DNA of 64,000 nt from the NCBI GenBank assembly GCA_026391805.1, contig JAPLDJ010000017.1, positions 19,378 to 83,377 of the forward strand, in the 5' to 3' direction. Below are positions 18,183 through 24,757 of this stretch, in pieces. Numbering within the stretch: the first letter of the stretch is position 1; each line of letters begins with the position of its first letter. This DNA comes from Bacteroidota bacterium. Lineage in GTDB: Bacteria; Bacteroidota; Bacteroidia; Bacteroidales; FEN-979. The notes beneath the pieces were generated by a model. It did not search any database, was not told the origin of the DNA, and saw nothing but the letters and a program-made list of their open reading frames with translations. The translations under genes were made by a program, and so were the position numbers.

Positions 18183-19886
18183 ATGTCTAACATCGGTTCT
18201 TACGACGAACGAATCAAAAATTTTTCCTGGGCCATTGCGGAACAGGAACTGGATTACAAACCAGGGAATGTCATTAACATAGGCTGGTACTGCTCCGACC
18301 GGATCTGCCAGATGGGAAAGGCAGATAAACTGGGACTGATCTGGGAAGGCCAGGGAGGTGTGGAAAAAAAATACACTTACAACGACATCCGCATTGCCAC
18401 CAACACGATCGGACAGTTTCTGCGGGATCTCGGGATCAAGCCCGAAGACCGCGTCTGCCTCTTCATGGACAAGATCCCTGAACTCTACCTCGGTTTCCTT
18501 GGCATCCTGAAGACCGGTGCCATAGCGCAGCCGCTCTTCTCCGCCTTCGGCGATGAATCCCTTTTCATCCGCCTTGAAAATGCACAGACAAGGGCCGTCA
18601 TCACCCAGAAGAAACATGCACCGAAAGTCAGGAAGATCATTGAAAAGATGCCCTGGCTTGAATACCTGATCATCGTGGACCAGGATCCTGCAAAGCCTTT
18701 ACAGCAAAGGGAAGTCGCTCTGAATCTTGAGGAGCTTCCGAAGGTGGAGAAATTCGAAATCCATCCCACTTATGCTGAATCTCCTTCGGTGCTGCATTAT
18801 ACCTCCGGCACGACCGGACAGCCGAAAGGGGTGAAACATGTTCATTATTCACTGATCTCACAGTACCTCACCTCGAAATGGGTGCTTGACCTGCAGGATG
18901 ATGATATTTACTGGTGCACGGCCGATCCCGGCTGGGTGACAGGAACCTCCTACGGGATCATCGGGGCGTTCAGCAACGGGGTTACGCAATGCGTCATGGA
19001 TTCAGGATTCTCGGCAGAGAACTGGTACCGGTTCATCGAGAAGCACAGGATCACCATGTGGTATTCGGCACCGACGGCCATCCGCTCGCTGATGAAAGCC
19101 GGCGACGAGGTGATCAAGAAATTCGATCTCTCCTGCCTGCGTCACCTGGCCAGTGTTGGAGAGCCGCTGAATTCGGAAGCTGTCATCTGGTCCGAAAAAG
19201 TATTTGGGAAGCCTTTCCTCGATACCTATTGGCAAACAGAAACCGGTTCCATCATGATCTCGAATTACCCCGGCATGAAGATCAAACCCGGTTCCATGGG
19301 CAAGCCTTTTCCCGGGATCACGGCAACGGTTATCGATGCGGATAAGTTCGAACCCTTCGGCGAAACCGGCAAAATCGGGCTGATCGCAATCAAGCCCGGC
19401 TGGCCGTCGATGATGCGGATGTACTGGAACAACGAGGAGACCTATAAGAACAAATTCAAGAATGGCTGGTATCTTCCCGGCGACCGTTCAAGCATCGACA
19501 ATGAAGGCTATTTCTGGTTTGTGGGACGCGATGATGATGTCATCAATACAGGAGGACATCTTGTAAGCCCGTTCGAAGTTGAATCGGCATTGCTGGAACA
19601 CCCCGCTGTTGCTGAATCCGCCGTTGTCGCAAAACCCGACTTCGTCAACATGGAAGTCGTGAAAGCCTTTGTAACCCTGAAACCAGGATTTGTTGGCAGC
19701 AAAGACCTGGATCTTGACATCATGAACTTCGTACGGAAAAAACTTTCCCCGCTGGCCATGCCACAGGAGATCGAATTCATCGATTCATTGCCGAAAACAC
19801 GAAGCGGGAAGATCATGCGCAGGATCCTCCATGCGAAGGAGTGGGGAGAGGAGATTGGGGATACTAGCACATTGGAAAATGATTAA
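18183..19886 (+). CDS. AMP-forming acyl-CoA/acyl-carrier synthetase (adenylate-forming enzyme, short/medium-chain Acs-like)
   Basis: 567 aa. A3 motif YTSGTTGQPKG, A5 motif YWQTETG, A8 motif GRDDDVINTGGH, and A10 motif LPKTRSGKIMRR. Confidence 0.85.
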   Translation: MSNIGSYDERIKNFSWAIAEQELDYKPGNVINIGWYCSDRICQMGKADKLGLIWEGQGGVEKKYTYNDIRIATNTIGQFLRDLGIKPEDRVCLFMDKIPELYLGFLGILKTGAIAQPLFSAFGDESLFIRLENAQTRAVITQKKHAPKVRKIIEKMPWLEYLIIVDQDPAKPLQQREVALNLEELPKVEKFEIHPTYAESPSVLHYTSGTTGQPKGVKHVHYSLISQYLTSKWVLDLQDDDIYWCTADPGWVTGTSYGIIGAFSNGVTQCVMDSGFSAENWYRFIEKHRITMWYSAPTAIRSLMKAGDEVIKKFDLSCLRHLASVGEPLNSEAVIWSEKVFGKPFLDTYWQTETGSIMISNYPGMKIKPGSMGKPFPGITATVIDADKFEPFGETGKIGLIAIKPGWPSMMRMYWNNEETYKNKFKNGWYLPGDRSSIDNEGYFWFVGRDDDVINTGGHLVSPFEVESALLEHPAVAESAVVAKPDFVNMEVVKAFVTLKPGFVGSKDLDLDIMNFVRKKLSPLAMPQEIEFIDSLPKTRSGKIMRRILHAKEWGEEIGDTSTLEND

Positions 19887-19889
19887 AAA

Positions 19890-19921
19890 GTAGCGAAAGG
19901 CGAAAAGCGAAATAGCGAAAA
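19890..19921. repeat. GCGAAA-word array
   Basis: The sequence is gtagcgaaaggcgaaaagcgaaatagcgaaaa. Confidence 0.8.
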
Positions 19922-19959
19922 AATACATAATTATAAATTAAACAATAGGAGAAAACCTG

Positions 19960-20202
19960 ATGGAAGACATGAAAGAAATCATTAAACAGTATGTCATCAA
20001 TGAATATGTGGAAGATGACAGTGAAGTCACTTTCGACACGCCGCTTATCTCGGGCGGGATCGTCGATTCATTTTCAATGGTATCGCTCAAGCGGTTCCTC
20101 GAGAATAAATACAAGATCTCCATTCCGGATGACAAGGCCACACCCGAGGCGTTTGATTCGGTCAACAAGATCTGTTTACTGGTGAATGAATACTTAAAAT
20201 AA
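19960..20202 (+). CDS. stand-alone phosphopantetheine carrier protein (non-FAS type)
   Basis: 80 aa. The candidate attachment serine lies in GGIVDSFSMVSL. The size and helix pattern fit an ACP/PCP fold. Confidence 0.7.
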   Translation: MEDMKEIIKQYVINEYVEDDSEVTFDTPLISGGIVDSFSMVSLKRFLENKYKISIPDDKATPEAFDSVNKICLLVNEYLK

Positions 20203-20214
20203 CGGAGGTAACCT

Positions 20215-21462
20215 ATGGCATACAGCGACAAAGTACGCGGAACGTACCAGGAGATCATCAATGGGATGAAAGACGCAGGTCTTTTAAAAGTTGAACGCTA
20301 CATCCATTCTGCACAGGCTGCAGACATCGAAGTGGAATTTCCGGCAGGAGCTCCTCTGAAGAAAGTGATCAATATTTGCGCGAATAACTACCTTGGCCTC
20401 TCCAGTCATCCGGATGTGGTCAAAGCTGCCCATGAAGGCCTCGACTCCCATGGCTATGGCATGTCTTCCGTTCGCTTTATTTGCGGAACCCAGGATATTC
20501 ACCGTACTCTCGAAGGAATGGTCACAAAATTCCTGGGAACCGAAGACACCATCCTCTTCCCATCCTGCATGGATGCCAATGCCGGTGTGTTCGAAGCCGT
20601 TCTTACCAAAGACGATGTGATGATCTCCGACCGGCTGGTCCATGCATCGATCATCGACGGGATCCGCCTTTGCAGCGCCATGCATGATACCTACAAGCAT
20701 TCCGACATGGCCCACCTGGAGGAAAAGCTCCAGCTGCACAACGACAAACGCCTGAAGATGGTGATCACCGACGGCGTCTTCTCCATGGACGGCGATACCG
20801 CAAAGCTTGACCAGATGGCCGACCTGTGCGAAAAATACGATGCTTTGCTGTTCTGCGATGAATCGCATTCCAGCGGTTTCATCGGCAAGACCGGCCGCGG
20901 AACGCATGAAAAATGCGGCGTCATGGGACGGATGGACATCATCACCACCACCTTCGGAAAAGGCCTTGGAGGCGCATCCGGCGGTTGTGTATCCGGACGG
21001 AAAGAGCTCGTTGAAATGTGCCGCCAGAAAGCACGTCCGTATCTTTTCTCCAATACCATTGCACCACCGGTTGTGGCTGGTGTAATCAAGGTCCTCGAGA
21101 TCCTTTCGGCTACCACCGAACGTCGCGACAAATTGGAAAAGAACACCGAATTCTGGCGTAAGGGACTCACTGAAATGGGACTCATCATCAAAGAAGGTGA
21201 TACGCCGATTGTTCCTGTGATGCTCTTCAATGCAAAGCTTTCGCAGGATGTTTCCCGCGATCTCTATGAAGAGGGCATCTATGCCATCGGTTTCTTCTTC
21301 CCAGTTGTACCGCAAAGCCAGGCCAGGATCCGCACGCAGATCTCCGCCGGCCACGAGATCCACCATCTTGAAAAAGCACTGGCTGCCTTCAAGAAAGTAG
21401 GAGCAAAGTACAATATCCTTGGCAAGACCAAGCAGGAGATCATTGATATGTACGGTATGTAA
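20215..21462 (+). CDS. alpha-oxoamine synthase (Kbl/SPT-like PLP enzyme), paralog of 16440..17639
   Basis: 415 aa with NICANNYLGL, YGMSSVRFICGTQ, HASIIDGIRLC, DGVFSMDG, TFGKGLGGASGG and RPYLFSN. It starts 12 nt after the carrier-protein stop. Confidence 0.85.
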   Translation: MAYSDKVRGTYQEIINGMKDAGLLKVERYIHSAQAADIEVEFPAGAPLKKVINICANNYLGLSSHPDVVKAAHEGLDSHGYGMSSVRFICGTQDIHRTLEGMVTKFLGTEDTILFPSCMDANAGVFEAVLTKDDVMISDRLVHASIIDGIRLCSAMHDTYKHSDMAHLEEKLQLHNDKRLKMVITDGVFSMDGDTAKLDQMADLCEKYDALLFCDESHSSGFIGKTGRGTHEKCGVMGRMDIITTTFGKGLGGASGGCVSGRKELVEMCRQKARPYLFSNTIAPPVVAGVIKVLEILSATTERRDKLEKNTEFWRKGLTEMGLIIKEGDTPIVPVMLFNAKLSQDVSRDLYEEGIYAIGFFFPVVPQSQARIRTQISAGHEIHHLEKALAAFKKVGAKYNILGKTKQEIIDMYGM

Positions 21463-21467
21463 GCTCA

Positions 21468-21549
21468 AGTAGCGAAAAGCGAATTGGCGAAGTAGCGAAA
21501 ATTTTGACATTAATTTCGCCAACTCGCTACATCGCTTTTCGCTTTTTAT
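21468..21549 (+). repeat. imperfect palindrome built from GCGAAA words, probable terminator
   Basis: The outer stem agcgaaaagcga...tcgcttttcgct is 12 bp. An inner gcgaaaatt/aatttcgc pairing is present. It is followed by ttttt. Confidence 0.7.
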
Positions 21550-21567
21550 TTATGAAATAAAATAATC

Positions 21568-22125
21568 ATGGAACAAAAGTTAGCTAATCCTGCTCCGCTC
21601 GGGCTGATGGGGTTTGGAATGACCACGGTCCTGCTGAATATCCACAATGCAGGATTTTTTCCTGTGAGTGCGATGATCCTCGCCATGGGCATCTTTTACG
21701 GAGGGATTGCCCAGGTGATCGCGGGCATAATGGAATTCAGGAAAGGAAACACTTTCGGAATGACCGCATTCACATCCTATGGGATTTTCTGGATAACCCT
21801 TGTCGCCCTCTGGATCTTCCCGAACCTTGGCGCTGATAAAGGCATCAAGACGGATGAATCCTTCATGGGATGGTACCTTTTCCTCTGGGGCGTTTTCACC
21901 TTCTTCATGTGGATTGGTACCTGGAACAAGAACCGGGTGCTTCAGTTTGTCTTTTTATCCCTCTGGATCCTTTTCCTCCTTCTTGCATTGCGCGACTGGA
22001 CCGGCTGGGCAAGCTTCGGAATGATTGCCGGCTATGAAGGCATTCTTTGCGGGAGCTCGGCCATTTACCTTGCCATGGCGGAGGTGCTGGAGGAGGCGAG
22101 GGGGAAGAAAATACTTCCGTTTTAA
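21568..22125 (+). CDS. satP: GPR1/FUN34/YaaH-family acetate/succinate channel
   Basis: 185 aa with 6 TM helices. Family signature NPAPLGLMGFGMTT at the N-terminus. Confidence 0.85.
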   Translation: MEQKLANPAPLGLMGFGMTTVLLNIHNAGFFPVSAMILAMGIFYGGIAQVIAGIMEFRKGNTFGMTAFTSYGIFWITLVALWIFPNLGADKGIKTDESFMGWYLFLWGVFTFFMWIGTWNKNRVLQFVFLSLWILFLLLALRDWTGWASFGMIAGYEGILCGSSAIYLAMAEVLEEARGKKILPF

Positions 22126-22157
22126 TTTCGCCATTTCGCTTTTCGCTAATTCGCTAT
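22126..22157. repeat. GCGAAA-word array, inverted orientation
   Basis: The sequence is tttcgccatttcgcttttcgctaattcgctat. Confidence 0.75.
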
Positions 22158-22162
22158 TTATT

Positions 22163-22666
22163 ATGAAAACAACATTTTTTTCCATCCTCTTTTTTCTATC
22201 CTCCATCTTCATTTTTGCACAGGAAACCTACAAGCCTTACAATGAAAACGCCGATATCAGGGCTGACCTGAAGAAAGCCGTTCAGACCGCAAAGGAACAG
22301 CACAAGCACGTGCTGATCCAGTGGGGCGGCAACTGGTGCCCGTGGTGCATTCGTTTTCACAAGCTTGCTTCCAGCGAGCATCAGATCGACTCGATCATCA
22401 AGAAGGATTATGTATTTGTGCTTGCTAATGTTCCCAGGGAGAAAAGCAAGCGCGACATGGGCCTGTATGGCGAATACGGATATCCCAACCGGTTCGGCTT
22501 CCCGGTATTTGTCGTCCTCGACGGCAACGGGAAACAGCTTCACATCCAGGATTCAGGATTGCTGGAATACGCGAAAGCCCCGGGGTATGATACTTCCAAA
22601 GTAGTAAATTTCCTGAAAATGTGGAATGTTAAAGCGGTTGATCCGGCTTCGTACACAGGGAAGTAG
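22163..22666 (+). CDS. secreted thioredoxin-fold protein
   Basis: The start is set at MKTTFFSILFFLSSIFIFAQ (signal peptide). CxxC motif WGGNWCPWC. Confidence 0.7.
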   Translation: MKTTFFSILFFLSSIFIFAQETYKPYNENADIRADLKKAVQTAKEQHKHVLIQWGGNWCPWCIRFHKLASSEHQIDSIIKKDYVFVLANVPREKSKRDMGLYGEYGYPNRFGFPVFVVLDGNGKQLHIQDSGLLEYAKAPGYDTSKVVNFLKMWNVKAVDPASYTGK

Positions 22667-22715
22667 AGTTTCTATTGGGTTTATTTGAATACTGCTTCCG
22701 CCAAAGGGTGTTTGA

Positions 22716-23243
22716 TCATTTTGATGATCCCCCAATTTTATATCCGATCTTTTCCCTTGGTTGATTTTCTTCCCTGATAAGTTCTTTAATGGCCTCGAAA
22801 ACGAGGATGAATTTTTTATCATATTTTTCTTCAAGGGAATCAATACGTCTTATAAGATCTTTATTTGCATCAATCAATTTGCGAAGATTAACAAAAGCCC
22901 GCATGATGGCGATGTTGACCATAATTGCCCTTTTTGAGCGTAGCACGCTGGAAAGCATGGCAACCCCCTGTTCGGTAAAAGCAAAGGGCGGAAATGGCTT
23001 AAAACGGCTGTAAACACTGAGGTTATCACAATTTGTGATAACCTTCTCCCATTCTTCCCTGGTCAATACAAACATGAAATCATCGGGGAACCGGTCTATG
23101 TTTCTTCGGACCTGTTGCTTTAGAATGCGTGTCTCCATGTCATAAAGCCTGGCAAGGTCAAAATCAAACATGACCTTCTTTCCTCGCAGAAAATAGATTT
23201 GCTGAGCAAGTTCTTCCGCTGGAATTGGAAGTGTGTTTTCCAT
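22716..23243 (-). CDS. ORF6N (KilA-N-related) domain protein
   Basis: IYFLRGKKVMFDFDLARLYDMETRILKQQVRRNIDRFPDDFMFVLTREEW matches the ORF6N domain pattern common in Bacteroidota. Confidence 0.7.
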   Translation of the reverse strand: MENTLPIPAEELAQQIYFLRGKKVMFDFDLARLYDMETRILKQQVRRNIDRFPDDFMFVLTREEWEKVITNCDNLSVYSRFKPFPPFAFTEQGVAMLSSVLRSKRAIMVNIAIMRAFVNLRKLIDANKDLIRRIDSLEEKYDKKFILVFEAIKELIREENQPREKIGYKIGGSSK

Positions 23244-23300
23244 GTTTTTTCTGCTTAATCAGGTGAAGAAGCAAAAGGTAATGCGGAAAATCACATTTTT

Positions 23301-24662
23301 TTAAAAGAAGAAATACACTCCGAGAAGGCCGCGGAGGTTCCCTACTTCACTCTGATTATAGACATAGCCCTTTTCGTTGGTCTTGCCATACGCCGCAACT
23401 GTATATTCAATCTCGGCGGCGATCCTGAATTTTTTGATGTTCAGAATAAGGCGGGGAGAAATGCGGTAGAGGTAATCGATGTTGCTTCCCCGGGAATAAT
23501 AAGGACCGGTAACGGTTTCTCCGGCGCCAAGGTTTTTGCTGAAAGCGGCAAAAAGCCCGGGAACCCAGGTTTTCCCGTTGGTGGAAAATTCAAACCAGGT
23601 AGAAAGTGTACTTAACGCAGAATAACTTTCGGTTCCTTTGCCGGCATTGGAAATGTTTTTCACCGCATAGCCGCCCAGCATGGTAAATGCATAGTTGTTT
23701 GATCCGTAAAATCCGCCTGCTTTAAGGGTTATTTTCGAAAGGCGCAGTTTTGAAAAGAGGTTGAAGGAGAGTCCTGAAGTTGTCTCCGTGGATCTGTAGG
23801 TTGCAGTAACAGCATTATGATGAACCACGAGTCCGTCGACAACAGTATCGTATGCTTTTTTCTGGACCACCTCTGTTGAAAGTCTCGGCGTCAGCAGGAT
23901 GTAATCAACCCCGGCGCCGACCAGGAATTCGGTTCCTTTCGTTTCATTCTTGATGCCGTACTGGACCTGGAAATCCATTTCAGGAAGAACGGAATTCCGC
24001 AGGTATTTCGGGTTTGGTCCGTCGGGACCGTTGGAAGTAAAGTCCAATTGAGAAAGTGCGGTGAGAATCAGTTTAAAATGCCCGAGACTTTGCGTGACCC
24101 GGATCTGCGGGTTCCTGGAAAAGACGACAAAAGGAGCGCCGGTATTGAATGAAACGGTCTCAGGGGCACAGGTGGCTACGAACATGGGATGCCAGTATTG
24201 TCCCACCATCAGTTCCGTGTGCGTCCATGCCAGTTTCACCCAGGCATGCCTGAGCCGGAAGGAATTGATGGCACCGTTGGTGTTACCGAAAAATTCCCCT
24301 TCGATATAGGCGGAGGTTTTGGCCTTCAGGGCATCGGGACCGGTAAAAGCCCCAGCCAGCCTTGTCTGGATGGAGAGCATGTTAAAATTCGACTTTGCAT
24401 TGATGTCATTTCCTTCGGCATCTTTTACAATGGCGTCGGGATAGAGGAGGAACTGCCCCTCCCTTGAATTTACCGTCTGGCGGGAATCATAATAGATATC
24501 AGTTTTTACATAACCCGAGAAGGTGAAACCGATCAGGGGCGGCTTTTTCTCAGCCTTTTCAGTTTTCAGCGTATCTGCAGCTGGTTTCTCTTGTTTTGTC
24601 TGGGCAAACAATGAACCGGCAGAAAATGTAAGAACCAGGATAAAAGGTAAGATTCGCTTCAT
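23301..24662 (-). CDS. outer-membrane beta-barrel porin-like protein
   Basis: The start is set at MKRILPFILVLTFSAGSLFAQ. Alternating beta-strand pattern, with aromatic C-terminus GVYFFF. Confidence 0.6.
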   Translation of the reverse strand: MKRILPFILVLTFSAGSLFAQTKQEKPAADTLKTEKAEKKPPLIGFTFSGYVKTDIYYDSRQTVNSREGQFLLYPDAIVKDAEGNDINAKSNFNMLSIQTRLAGAFTGPDALKAKTSAYIEGEFFGNTNGAINSFRLRHAWVKLAWTHTELMVGQYWHPMFVATCAPETVSFNTGAPFVVFSRNPQIRVTQSLGHFKLILTALSQLDFTSNGPDGPNPKYLRNSVLPEMDFQVQYGIKNETKGTEFLVGAGVDYILLTPRLSTEVVQKKAYDTVVDGLVVHHNAVTATYRSTETTSGLSFNLFSKLRLSKITLKAGGFYGSNNYAFTMLGGYAVKNISNAGKGTESYSALSTLSTWFEFSTNGKTWVPGLFAAFSKNLGAGETVTGPYYSRGSNIDYLYRISPRLILNIKKFRIAAEIEYTVAAYGKTNEKGYVYNQSEVGNLRGLLGVYFFF

Positions 24663-24722
24663 AGCAGAGTGTTTTTGGGATGCAAAATACGTGAAAAATC
24701 CCGTCATTTCCTCAAGAACTCT

Positions 24723-24730
24723 TACCTTTG
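24723..24730 (+). promoter_or_regulatory. putative -7 box (TAnnTTTG)
   Basis: tacctttg lies 28 nt upstream of the ATG at 24758. Confidence 0.45.
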
Positions 24731-24757
24731 CGGCTGTTTCCGTACTCCCAGAACTCA

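Noticed and set aside
16440-21462. The two Kbl-like genes as an assembly duplication.
   Set aside because: The proteins differ at many positions along their whole length and have different lengths (399 versus 415 aa). They are genuine paralogs and not collapsed or duplicated reads.
20284-21522. A 412-aa ORF antisense to the second alpha-oxoamine synthase.
   Set aside because: It is a shadow ORF of a well-supported PLP enzyme gene and its product has no recognisable features.
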